Assembly: GCA_017654855.1 (NCBI GenBank)
Contig: CM030336.1
Location: forward strand, 4,278,001 to 4,342,000
Direction of reading: 5' to 3'
Source: Podospora anserina
Taxonomy: Eukaryota
DNA: 64,000 nt
In this document: positions 26,901 to 38,633 of the stretch, one piece after another
Numbering within the stretch: the first letter of the stretch is position 1
How the letters are laid out: every line of letters begins with the position of its first letter
Translations under genes and position numbers: made by a program
The notes under the pieces: generated by a model
Databases searched by the model: none
Seen by the model: the letters and a program-made list of their open reading frames with translations, nothing else
Told to the model about the DNA's origin: nothing

Positions 26901-28106
26901 TTTCATGGCTGTCGGCTGTTAGCTGAGCAAGCCAGTTTTGGTCGGCGAACTTGGCGAGAACAATGGAATCGAATATGCAGGGGCGCAATAGATGATCGAT
27001 TCCCGAAGGAGCACTGCCGACTCAAACATAGGTTTCCGGTCGCTGTATCCGCACCGCAAGCTAGCCAAGGACCGGGCTGATAATCGTTCAGTTGTATCAC
27101 AACGTCAAAGATCACCATTTCATTGTGTTTCGTCCCGGTTGGCTAACTTGTGATGAACAGGTGTGCAAGCATGGTGGTACCGCGGGCGCCCGGACACGGC
27201 TCCGGGTGCAATGTTTGCTCGATTTGTGGCCGAATCGGACAGCTCTGACTGGTCACTTTGGCTTCTTCTTATGCCGCTATCCTGTGAAAAGGTTGAAGTC
27301 CGAGAGAACGCGGCGGTAGTGGACATTGAAGAATATCGGAAGACGACATTCTTCAGCCCGCGTTCAACCACCGGGACTTATTTCCTTCCTCGAAAGCAAC
27401 ACGGTCCAAGTCGGCGAAGCTAACACCACTAGTGTAGACAAGTTCATTTGGTTTCCCAGGATTGTTTGTCCCGCACTACTGCAGCCACCCGTTGAACAGA
27501 CTGGCGGGGTGGTGGTCTGATGCCCAGGATCTTGGGGTTCGGGGTAGATGGAAACGGTACAGTAGTAAACGGAATCAAATTGAGCCCTCCTTGTTAAGCG
27601 ATGGGGTTAGCTAAGTAGGCAAATGCAAATACAGCAAGCATGCTTTGTAGTCGACACCTCGATTACTACTTTACTACTGGCCAAATACCGAAGTCGCTCA
27701 CATCTGGTTGGATATTCCGTAATGTGCTTCATATGTAGGGATATGCGGATAGATTCAAGTAAAAGCTGACAAGCAAATGCCATGACAAATTGATGTGGAA
27801 TGTTGTGTTGACCCAAATCGCAAGCTCAGATTCATTGCACAAAAGAGCGTGACTAGTGCCTTCCTGCCTTCGGTGCTGCCCCAACGCCCCTTCCCAATCT
27901 TGAACTTGTCAAAGGTAATTCAGGCAGGCGCGTTGGTCTTTCCAGCTCCACCCACCTTCCTAACTCCCGGCATGGCAAGTATTTGAAATCCGGCCGAAAC
28001 ACCGTGTAATTCCGTGACCGTGATATTCCGCGGTATTATGAGACGAAACCCAAGCAACAAGTGCCCTACCATAGATCGCCGCTTTTAAGGCCTCTTCGCC
28101 CCTTGG

Positions 28107-28148
28107 CTCAGCTTCTGCTCAGCTAGCTATTCATCAGCCCCGCTCAGC
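28107..28148 (+). repeat. Left subterminal CTCAGC cluster
   Basis: CTCAGC at 28107, 28118 and 28143, plus ATCAGC at ~28133. Confidence 0.7.
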
Positions 28149-28150
28149 TC

Positions 28151-30359
28151 CCCATCGGCCCCAGTCCGTGACAGAGGCAAGTATCTCAACATTGGCATTC
28201 CACAGGATATCTGAAAATACTAACTTGGTTGCCAGTTCATTAAGGGACCTCTAGCAAAAGAAATGGACATGCCGAAGCATAAAAGGCGTCGAAGGTTCGC
28301 TACGAAAAATGCCATGCTCAACTACGCCAGACAGCTCTGGGCGGCAGATTGGATTGAGCACAAACAGCAACACCTGTTGATGACTGGGGTCTCTCATTGG
28401 GCAAAGCCTACTCTTCTTCCCGGATTGGGGAGTATATCGAGTCCACCTGCCGCGGGGGAACCGGTCGAGGCCTCTACTTCAAGGTAACGATATTGCCCAT
28501 GGCCCAGCAACCCAGGCAAACGCTAACCAGCGCCCAAGGATCTCACATTTGTGGTATTCATCAACGAGGAAGGGGTGCCGGAGTTCGCCATTCAGCTGAC
28601 CCGAGATGCCAAAAATATGACCAGTACGCCTAACAAAAGGTAGGAATCATCGCTCAGCTCTTGAATCCTTCTTCTCATCCCTCTTTACTTTAGACCGCAA
28701 CACGCCTTATACGAAGGTATCAAACCTGGAGTGCTCTGCTTCAATCCTATGCTTCCATTTCTGGCTAGACTTCTTGCATACGAAGCTTTCAGGGACTACA
28801 AAACCATTGACGAGCTTCTCACGATCAAGCCACCGGAAGGTGAGATGTGGCTGGTACAATGGAAGGAACATCTTCTTGAGACGCCATTCTTTAGAAGTCG
28901 GTCAAGCGAGGATATCGAGACTGCCGGTGCCTTTAGCCATCGACTGCCGTCACTGGGTCTACGAGCAGGATACCCAACACCACCGAGACATCATGATATT
29001 CTGGCAGAGGGTCTTCACCTTATGAGTACGTATTAGATTTTTCCCCCCTTTGTTTTCTTCTACTAACATGTCCTCACCAATAGATCAATTCGAATCTGAA
29101 GCCACGCGGGTGGTCTATGCCGGATATACCGACCCAAATACGCTTGCTACACATTACCTACTCCGAAACGGCGCAGATGGCCAGGCAGCCTACCACGGCC
29201 AGAGAGACGAATCTTGGTCCTTGACCTCTTCTGAGGTTTAACGATACCTCGAAACCCGAGGCTTTGGCAGTGCATTCCAGCCAAACAGCAATACGACTGT
29301 TATACCAGCGCTGAAATGATGCACATTAATCGAGAAATCCTTACGCTACGGGGCACAACCAATATAAAGTCCCAAGAGCAGCGTAAGAAGCTTTACGCGG
29401 AGAAGCGGAAACTCATTGCCGAGCGATTGCGAAAGTGGCAAAACAACCAGCCAGTCAAGCACGACGATCTGCCAGGATACCATAGAGCGATATTTGACCG
29501 TGTCCGGTTCCTGATGCCGGAATGGGACCGCCTGGCACAAAACCTCTTCCTGATTGACAAGCTACGGAGCCCTGCAGGTCTTGCTGTGCTCCATGACATG
29601 CTGAGTCTTTACCGGAAGCGTCGCAATGTGGAGTATCGGCCAGGGCTAGAGCCAGATAGGTGCTACTGCAGAAAGAACAGTGACGGCTCTTCCTACGACT
29701 GGAGACACATATACGATTGTCACAGAACAGCTGCTGCGAAAGCTGGTGGCTTTGCAGAGCTATGCTTCCTCTGCAATGAATGGTTTTGCGGTATCGGGGC
29801 CTGGGAAACTCACTGTCAACATCGCTTGGACCACCCGGACAGCCTTCCGACGTGGTGCGATCCTCTGGCTTACGGCGCGGTTCTCGCCAGGGCTGGCTAC
29901 TGTCCGTTCTGCCTTGGAGATGAACGAATGCCAGCATCTGTGCGGATGTACCAATTTCAGAAGCGGTGGACCTGGCTCGATCACATCCAAACCCACATCA
30001 GAGAGCTCGAAAATGCAACTAGGCCCTTGAACTGCCCACGCCTGCATTCTCATTGTCCACGAAGGTTTGATTCGGTTTTGGATTTACAATTCCATCTTCA
30101 GGATGCTTTCGGTGCCGAGCGCAGTGACGATACTAAGAAGATGAAAAGACCGAGACATGGGGTTAACGGCATCCCACCTTCGAAAGGAAGAGAGTGCAGC
30201 AGTTTCGCAATGATTGTGAAGAAAGCGACAGGATGGCCGCCTTGCAAACCAAATATACCTTTGGTAACACCTGCCCAGATGGTAAAAAAGGCAGTCATCT
30301 CCCGAATCGTCAGGGCTTTGCCAAGAGTCCACGCCTTTCTGCAGCTCGGGTACTACTGA
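28151..30359 (+). pseudogene. DUF3435 tyrosine recombinase (Starship captain-like), 5'-truncated, with frameshifts and a stop
   Basis: Spliced through introns at ~28181-28235, ~28484-28539, ~28640-28693 and 29026-29083. Reads QLWAADW...YSSSRIGEYIESTCRGGTGRGLYFK/DLTFVVF...TRDAKNMT...RPQHALYEG...NPMLPFLARLLAYEAF...TPFFR...LGLRAGY...HHDILAEGL...AGYTDPNTLATHYL...DGQAAY...DLF*GLTIPRNP. C-terminal CFLC/CPFC/C2H2-like Zn motifs. Frameshifts near 28370 and 29200. Confidence 0.8.
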
Positions 30360-31236
30360 CCGCGAAGACGCGACGCCATCCGGTCATAGCACTCCACTAT
30401 CTTCCGCTCCGTCCGAGAAAGTAATTGACCCGGCCATGTCCCTATTTGAATCGTGGCCGGTCGATAAGCTTACGGGCTGCACAGCTGGTGGCCCATTAGA
30501 GGCAACGCCGGACACCCCTCAGTGAATTCAAGGTACGATAACCTATTGAAACTGATACACTGGCTGATTCTTACCACATTATAGGCCCTCTCCACGGCTC
30601 TTTCCCTCGGGCCCTTGGTCTACAAGTCTCCATATCGAATTAAAGACAGAGAACTTATATCGCCTTAACCGTTGGGCTGGATCTCGCAAGTACTGCACAT
30701 CAGGGTCGGAGACAAATTCGGTGTGCCAGGATCCACAGGCCGAGACTGCGACATGCCAAAAAGAAGTCTGTGGCACCTCTGTTTGGATGTCATTTGGATG
30801 CAGGCACCGAAGATTGGCCTCTTGTCAGTTTCATGGTGGTGATAGATGATGGTAGTGAAGGAGAGAGCTGGGCGGGGCCTTGGTACTTCCTGTCTCGGCC
30901 CAGGACGCACGCCTCAATAGTGAATGCCTCAGGCACAAACCTGTGGCCACACCGGGATTGACCTAATCATCGCACCCGAACTGTGCACCAACGTCTATCG
31001 CCCCCTTCACAGCATCAACCATGCCACACCAAATTGATTGGCTCCTGGTTGACCACCTTCGAATCGTAAGCGCTCACACAATGCAGCTCTCTGTGCACGG
31101 CCTCTGAGCTTGTCGGTCCTCCCACCTCTCGCTGTGCAGAGGGATACTTATACCACTTGTGGCCTTCTCCGTCCCGCCCCTCATTATCAATTTGACGTGA
31201 TTTGAGTCATTTTGCTGGGCCCTCCTATAACTCACA

Positions 31237-32865
31237 ATGGCATGGACTATCTTCACCGTGAAAACCAGCGACTACATTGTCCTACACTCAGACAATCAGG
31301 CGTACTGGTCGACCATGGAGCGGAAATTCAAGCAAGACCTCTTCACGCCTGATAGTCCAACAGAGCACAGCGAGAGCGGCACACCTGCTCCTCCGCCACT
31401 TCCGCCTCTCAATATCCTCCGGTTTACGACAGAGCATATGCCCAAGGATCCTGGTACAGGATTCGTCTTGGGACCGATAAGGACAAATGCGACGTCCTCC
31501 TATATAACAGTCGGGAGTCAGGTATCAGTGGTAGGCAATTCGCCATGCCATTCCGCACAGATACTGGCGTATGATCCTAAGAAACCATTCCCGAGTATCA
31601 ACACAGATTAAGTTGCCGAATGAAGGTTTGGTCTATCTCGACACACAGAGGGCACAGGCGACATCGAAATCTACCTTTCTACCCTCGATGCTTCGACACG
31701 TCCGTTTATACCCGACAAGCCAGCCTCCTGTTCTGCCTAACTCTCTTTTAGGACCATATTATCCGGTTCTACGAATTCAGCGTTCGCGGTGAGGACGGGC
31801 CTCAACTTATCATGGAGTTCGCTGCGTGTGGCAGCCTCCTAGGCCAGAGTCAATCACGCAAGTTCACCGATCGAGAGGGCTGAAAAATCATTCGCCAAAC
31901 CCTTGAAGGACTCAAATACCTCCATGGAAAGCGTGTCATCCACCGGGACCTAAAGCCTGGCAATATCCTACTTGTCACCCGTAAGCCTATCCACGTCAAA
32001 GTAACAGACTTTGGCATCTCGGGCAATACGGCCGATGAGTACAATACTCAGTGCGGGACCGAGCTATACGCCGCTCCCAAGCTCTGGAATCCCCCCTACA
32101 CGGAAAAGATCGATATCTGGTCAGTGGGCATCATCGTTATGGAGCTCTGGGTCGGATTGCCCAAGTACAACCGTAACACATGGGCAGAAGATGTGATGTC
32201 TCGCAAAAAAACGAGCCTCTAAGGATGTCAGGCGCTTTCCCCACCACCTGTTACAATCTTCCTCCGGGAAACAGCCACCGGCTCAAGGCTGCCTCAACCT
32301 TCCATTTGTTAAGCCAAGGCGTAAATACGAAGGGGTGCCGGATTTGCATCCTTTGCAGAAACCGAGGCTTGAAATAGAGAGCCAGGACCCGACAGTGCCC
32401 TTCAATGACGCGATCCTCGATGCGGCCATTTGGAATTCTGTAGGGCCTGAAGCATCTTATGCCCCGGTCAACCCTGGGCTCCCCGATGAGGTCCCCGATC
32501 TGGCTACTTGGAATGCTCGAGGAGCAGCCAATCTTGGAACAGAGACTCAGGACCTAATCGTGCCCTTCAATGACGAGATCCTCGATACAGCCATTTGGAA
32601 TCCTGGGCTCGGAGCAACGTCGAATTGGCCACAGGGGGAAGCCACGCTTGCTTGCCCCCCGACCAATCCCATTTCCGAGATTTCAACTTGCATCCGCTCA
32701 TCCCCAGTCCTGGATTCCTGGAGGGGACCCAGACAATGCGCCATCGGCAGCGCAGGCCACGGCTCGCCACACCGGAAACACGAACGTCGATCAGAATGCC
32801 CAATAAGCCTCAAATCTATAATGGTTTTGATTTCCTCCCCTGGGGAACATCTGGATTCCATATAA
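31237..32865 (+). pseudogene. FHA-like + Ser/Thr protein kinase pseudogene (element cargo)
   Basis: N-terminal GFVLG-[fs]-TDKDKCDVLL...GISGRQF (FHA-like). Kinase motifs MEFA, LKYLHGKRVIHRDLKPGNILL (31941), KVTDFG (~32007), CGTELYAAPK and KIDIWSVGII. Several frameshifts; the Gly-loop/VAIK N-lobe was not found. Confidence 0.8.
32383..32604 (+). repeat. Two-copy ~57-bp direct repeat, 165-bp spacing, in the kinase tail
   Basis: CAGGACC..GTGCCCTTCAATGACG.GATCCTCGAT..GCCATTTGGAAT at 32383 and 32548, encoding QDPTVPFNDAILDAAIWN and QDLIVPFNDEILDTAIWN. Confidence 0.85.
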
Positions 32866-33459
32866 ACCCGACAACTGTACCATCAACATCACTCGGATTC
32901 TCAAAGCCGCAGGGTTCCCTCGTTCTAAATTGTCTACTCCAGAGTTGCAGTATGTGATATTCGAAAAGTTATCCTACGCGGTTACGTATGTCTTCAGGGG
33001 ACGTTCATCCCTTACGAAGATGCCATCTGCATATGTAATTATTTGGAGATTGAGTCAAATTTTCTAGATACTTATAGATACCTTAACCCTTGAACACTAA
33101 GGCTCCCTCCACAGATTGACCCCAGCCCCATACTCCCGAGGAAGAGGGCCAGGTGACGCTCAGGTATACTCTGCAGAACTATGGCGCTGAGGATTTGTCG
33201 ACTACGGTCCATTCATGTGATATGGCCCTGACTGGCTGACCACTTGGGGGGAGAAGCCATTGGAGGCATTGGAGGCCTTGGAGGCTGAGACCAAGTCCAA
33301 CAGGAATTAGAATCAGGTGTATCGAGTCTCGCGGACTTGGGTTAAAGGAGGTCGAATCCTCAATGCGGGCAAATCGAGCCGGGGCCAAAAACAGGACGTT
33401 GTCCCAGATCTGGGACCTTGCAGGGGCATGTGATCCCAAAAGTTGGCTTGTGCAGATAC

Positions 33460-33540
33460 CTCAGCTTAACCTCAGCTCAAGCTCAGCCCACCCCGGCCTC
33501 AACTCAGGCCCCCTCAGCCCAAGCTCAGCACCAACTCAGC
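33460..33540 (+). repeat. Right subterminal CTCAGC cluster
   Basis: CTCAGC at 33460, 33471, 33482, 33513, 33524 and 33535, and CTCAGG at 33503; mostly 10-11-bp spacing. Confidence 0.85.
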
Positions 33541-33858
33541 TTAGAGCGGCAGGAGCTCAGTTCTGGAAACGGAAATGGATGTTGGTGTGCTTGAGTCTCG
33601 TCTCCGAGTAGTTTGGCATTATATAAGGCATCGTGCCAGATCCTCAATCATTCTTGTTGGTTGGCTCGCACTAGAAATGTAACGTAAGCAGGTCAGCGCT
33701 GTTGGGTGGTAAATGGACACAAGTGCTGCTGTTGGCGATCTTGTGCGGGGGAGCGTCGGAGTCAAAAGTTGTGACATCCGTCATACTTAAACACCGAGAT
33801 TTCACAAACCATTAGGCTTCCTCAGTCCTGACCTACCCACCTTACACAAAATAAAACC

Positions 33859-35209
33859 ATGACATCCAGGCTCGACTCCATTCTTGAAAAGTATGTTGCC
33901 CAAGGCAACAACACGGCGAACAAGGTGTTGGGGGCATCACTGGTTGTCGCGAATGAAGATGGTACAGTACTTACCCCTCCCGCTCACTTGAGAAGGTAGG
34001 TAGCCATTAAAACTGACATTGTTTTTCCCAGAGGTGATTTACTTTGGCTCAGCAGGCCGCATTAAAATGGCCCCTGATGCTCCTGCATTTTCGACCGACT
34101 CTTTCAGCTTTGTCGCGTCTATGACCAAAATCATCACCATCATCTGTGTCCTTCAAATCGTCGAGCGAGGTCTCATCGGACTGGAAGACGATATCCGCCC
34201 GCTGGTCCCTGAGCTGGCTTCGGCACAGATTCTGAAGGGTTTCGACGAAGAAAATGGTGGTGCCCCCATCTTGGTGGAAAACACAGTGCCCATTACGCTG
34301 AGACATCTCTTGACGCACACCATAGGCCAAGGGTACGATGTTGGTGACCCAGATCTGTTGCGATGGTCCCAGTACATTGGGAGAACAGTCAATGCAACCA
34401 CCTCGACGCGGGAAGGCTGGGACACGCCTCTCAAATTCGAACCAGGAACGGGTTGGTACTACGGCACTGCAATCGACTGGGCGGGATTTGCTCTTGAAGA
34501 GCTCACAGGAACAACACTTGGCGAATACATGCAGGAGCACGTTCTCGATCCACTGGGAATGGACGAGACCACATTTCATCCGTTGCGACCGGAGATCTGG
34601 GAAAAGGTCAAGGACCGATACGTGGAAGTTTCTTATCGAGCTGCGGATGGTACACTAACCGAAGGACCACTCATCACACCGCTTGAACCGCCTGTTGAAA
34701 GTGGTGGCTCTGGACTGTTTACAACAGCTGCTGATTACATCAAGTTCTTGCAAGCTTTGCTGCAGGACACAAAGGGCAAGGGTAATCTGCTGAAGAAAGA
34801 AACTGTTGACGAGCTTTTCCGGCCTCAGTTGAACGACAAACAGAAGGAGGACGAGGCAAATATTTTGATCGGGACAGGTTTCGCACCGGAATTTGATGAG
34901 CTGACTGCCAGTGAGATAAGCTGGGGGTTGGGTGGCGGCATTAATTTGGTGGATCTGGCAACGGGAAGAAAGAATGGAAGCATGATGTGGTCTGGGGTGG
35001 TCAACCCGCATTGGGTGAGTCTCTCTTTTGTTTCCCCCCTCATTCATTGCAGCTGGCTGACGTTGATGACTCTCAAGATTATGGACCCGACTACCGGAAT
35101 CACTGCAACACTGTTTGTCAGTGTCTTGCCGTTTGGTGACCCAGTTCCAGGCAGGCTTTTCAAGGAGCTCGAGGCCGTCATATATGGCGAGCTGCTGTCG
35201 GAATGTTGA
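33859..35209 (+). CDS. Beta-lactamase-family serine hydrolase / LovD-like transesterase (exons 33859-33961, 34032-35014, 35078-35209)
   Basis: ASMTK (SxxK), ITLRHLLTHT, PLKFEPGTGWYYG, YMQEHVLDPLGM, SGGSGL and GSMMWSG; canonical introns. Confidence 0.9.
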
Positions 35210-35376
35210 TATCTGGAATAGTGGCCTTGGTATAGACGAAAAAGTGATGACGACATTTGCCTTTGAGGTAGTAGGTGGCCTGTGCTGAAGCTGTTTTTAC
35301 TTGCTCTTTGACAACTATCGAAGACTTTGTTCCAACATGGCAAACCTTTGCAATTCTCACTTTGATAACGTCTGAC

Positions 35377-35778
35377 ATGAGAACAACGAGATCCGCCAAT
35401 AAGAAACTGACAGAGAGCCTGTCTAACCCACCAAAGAAAGCCAACCAACCGTCAAAGTCATTCCCACCCAAAACCGACGACGGCCATTACATCATCGTCA
35501 ACGGCCGCAAATGGCGCGCGACAGATCCCCTGGTTCCCGATAACGCCCTGGCTGAACTAAAGCATTTTCTCGCCAAAGGGAGATCCGGTGCACGCCGACA
35601 GAATAAAAATGACATGCAAAAGCTGTCGTTATCGCGCAAAACAACCGGACTGGCCAAGCTCGGCCTTGGAGAACGCGGCAAGCCAGAATGGTGGAACGAT
35701 ACAGATGAGGGTCGCAAAGAAAGATGGGAGAATGCATTGATCCAACTCCGGGAGCTTCACGCCGAAAGTTCAACATGA
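35377..35778 (+). CDS. Small basic hypothetical protein (133 aa) resembling a bacterial uncharacterised family
   Basis: Intronless ORF with TDDGHYIIVNGRKWRATDP...AKLGLGERGKPEWW. The resemblance to a bacterial family is from memory only. Confidence 0.7.
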   Translation: MRTTRSANKKLTESLSNPPKKANQPSKSFPPKTDDGHYIIVNGRKWRATDPLVPDNALAELKHFLAKGRSGARRQNKNDMQKLSLSRKTTGLAKLGLGERGKPEWWNDTDEGRKERWENALIQLRELHAESST

Positions 35779-35932
35779 TATTTACAACAGCCCAACCTCA
35801 ACATCCAGTCATGCGACACATCGTATATACTGCCATCAGACCCATGATAATGCTCATTTCGACCATGATACCCTCATTCCATCCATGATACCCTCGTGTC
35901 ATATCTACCATAATGACCATAACTATCTCATC

Positions 35933-37285
35933 TCAAAAGTCCACATACCGCTCACTCTTCCCCGTCCTCGTCGTCATGGTCGAAATACTCGACATAGTCG
36001 ACCACCGCCTCTTCACCCCAGTTTCCTTGTTCTTCTCCTTTTCATTATCGCACAGTGCCCCCCTCGAAGGCCTGGTATACCGGTTGTAATACCCCCACCC
36101 CTGCTCACTCGCCTTGACCTCCGTCCCCCTCAATATCAACCTATACTCCGTCACCGCCGCCTTGGGCATCTTTTTCTCTTTCCTCAGCACATTCCTCAAC
36201 AACAACCCTCTGGCACCGGCCCCATCAAGCAACCTCCTCCTTTTACCCCCCGCACCCCTTGTTTTAGACGACCTGGTCTCCTCATCAGCCCCCCGTTCAG
36301 CCATGATCTCCCCTGCTTCCACTGCCACCATGACAACAACCTTCCATTCCCTTCTCTTGAACGCGTTACTACTGCTTGTCGTCCTGTCGTTGAGCAAATC
36401 ATAGATTTCGTCCTGGACTTTCCAGTCAAGGCACCGGAGCCGACGGTCGAGATCGCCGGCATGCATGGAGGGGGGTTTTCCGGTGCGGGCGGTGAAGTGG
36501 GTTTTGTCGGAGGCGATTTCAGACAACAGTTCGGTTTGGGTGAAGTGGATGTTTGGGGTGATGGACAGGATGCGGCCTTCTTCGATTTCGGTGCGTCGGC
36601 AGAGGGGGAAGGGGAGGCCGAGGAGGCAGTAGCGGGTGGTTAGGCGCTCGATGGGGGCGTGGTAGGTTATTGTCCAGGATTCGAGGGTGGAAGAGTTTGA
36701 AGTACTGCTGGAAGTGGAGGGGCCGGGAGAGGCGTGGCTTTTCCCCCCGCGGTGTGGTTAGTGAGGTGCCTGTCAAACGGTGGGGGGATGGGAGAGAATT
36801 TACAGGGCTTTGGATTGATAGAGGAGGTCCCCGAGGCAGGAAACACTTTTTGGTCGGTTTTGAAAGGAGAGATCAGGGGTGTTGACTCTGAACGGTGGGG
36901 AGCGGGTTTGGAGTATGGTTGATTGGGATTTGCTTCGTTGGACGGGGTAGGGGATGGTGGTGGTGGTTGCTTCTTTTTCGAAACATGTTGATGATGATCT
37001 TGACGAGGAGGTTGGCGGTGGGGAGGCGTATCGTGCTGGTGGGAAAGAAGCGACCGTTACCACCGTTCTTGCCCGCGCTCGTGTTGCCGCCACGGCTATC
37101 CTTTCATCAAGGGAGAGGTAGTCGGCTGGTGCCCCGAGGAATACGACTTCTTTTTCTCCATCTCGACCGTCGAATTGTAGCCCGGATATGTCATCGAGGT
37201 AATCGAGATCGGGGATGGAGGGTAGGCTCGGCGGTCGCATGCTGGTGGTGCTGGTCCCACTTCCGGATCTCCTTACCGCCGCCAT
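35933..37285 (-). CDS. Hypothetical protein (exons 37285-36804, 36737-35933)
   Basis: A 66-nt intron (GTAAAT...CTAAC...AAG) joins the 161-aa ORF to an open frame (HASPGPST...RYCLLGLPF...LLSEIASDK...RREWKVVVMV...EYRLILRG) that ends at 35933. Confidence 0.75.
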
Positions 37286-38633
37286 CTTTTGGGTCTTTTC
37301 GCCCTGTCCAGTTCCCTTCTTTTCTATTTCTTTCTTCAGCTCGGTATGTGGAAATGAGGAAACGAGGAGAAAGGGTCGGTTTAAGCTTTATGGGAGACTG
37401 GGGAAAACTGGGGGCCCTGAGTAGGGTCCTGAGTCCTGCGCCCGCCGGGGGTCCGGTTTATGCCGGAGTTTCTTGTGTCAAGGACTGAGACTTGCCCACT
37501 TTTTCGGCGTCAAACCGTCAACGGTGTTGTTCTGGCGGAGGCGAGATTGAGTCGGGTGATGCTTGTCGGGGTAGGTGTTCTGGAAGGGGATTCTTTCGGC
37601 CATTGCGGCAGGAGGAGTGGAGATGGCAGTTTATACATATCGCCAACATTTGTCGTGCCGGGAAAAGTTTATTTTGACGGTGCTGTGGGATGAGGCAAAG
37701 AAGTATCATCGGGCGGTTACAAGTACGGCGTTTTGATGGGTGAGACGCTTGACATCCGATTGCATGGTGCGAGCCATGTTGTGTTTGGGGGAGGCGCAGC
37801 TGTTGAAGATTGCCGAGGGCTAAAAAAAGGTGCCAACGGTTATTGTTTTGTCGGCTCAATCTGATTGAATGCGGCGTACATGTAGTTGGCGAGGGTTTGA
37901 TGGGAGCATTCGCAAACTGTGCCTACCAAACTTCCGAAGGGGTAAAAGGCGCAGCGCTTGGTACCAGGTAGATATTGAGCATTCAAAGATATGATCGCTA
38001 TCCATCACACATTCGGAACTGTGACATTTACAACAGCACTCTTCGGTGTACATCAATCAACCTATTCAGCACTGTTGACAGCCTTTCGAAACGGCTGGGC
38101 AAAACATTGCTTTCATCCGCCTAGAATGTCAACGTGAGCAGCCACATGCATTACACATCAGTAGGTAAGTAGGTAAGGTAAGTCATCGCAAGCGGCTTTC
38201 TCCACTCAAAACCTCCATAACGATCTGCTTAGTTCGACCGCCAACTCGGGACAGTGTAAGCTCTTCCCTGCTTCTATGAGGCTTTGGTGTATTATGTGGG
38301 TTGGCCAAGAGTCAAGCTCTGAGACTCTGCGACCGGTGGGCGGAATCATGATTAGTGTCCCGTCAGAGGAAACTATGAATTGGCGAGGTGATGTTCTGTG
38401 GAAGCCAAAAAATTCCCCGTCCGCAAAACTAGGCCGGTGCGACTATTGCAGATGGCAGGATTAGTGCTTCTGTCCCAAACTTCTCTTGTGCACGTATATA
38501 GACAGCCAAATACCTAGGTACTCGGCCTTAGGCATGTGATATGTTCGTACCTTGGGGAAGATTTCCGGAATCTCTCTGCCATCTCTGTCAGATAATCAAA
38601 ACGGGCCAGCATCTGACATAACACCTTCTCCGC

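Larger units (their letters stand above)
28078..33550 (+). mobile_element. Candidate small/decayed Starship-like tyrosine-recombinase element (~5.5 kb)
   Basis: A DUF3435-type recombinase is the first gene, followed by a kinase cargo. The left end GCCGCTTTTAAG (28078-28089) is an imperfect inverted repeat of the right end CTTAGAGCGGC (33540-33550). CTCAGC clusters lie just inside both ends. No direct target repeat was recognised, so the boundaries are tentative. Confidence 0.6.

Noticed and set aside
26352-27520. Possible HET-like relic (LRSWLDRNKHGRC; RVLGTET...PSFV)
   Set aside because: Core HET motifs (ALSYVWG, LWVDAICI) are absent and the similarity is too weak.
33460-33540. CRISPR-like array
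   Set aside because: Hexamer units with 4-15-bp gaps in a eukaryotic genome, and no cas genes.
28060-33570. Direct target-site repeat for the Starship-like element
   Set aside because: The flanks CATAGATC and AGGAGCTC do not match convincingly, so no TSD is claimed.
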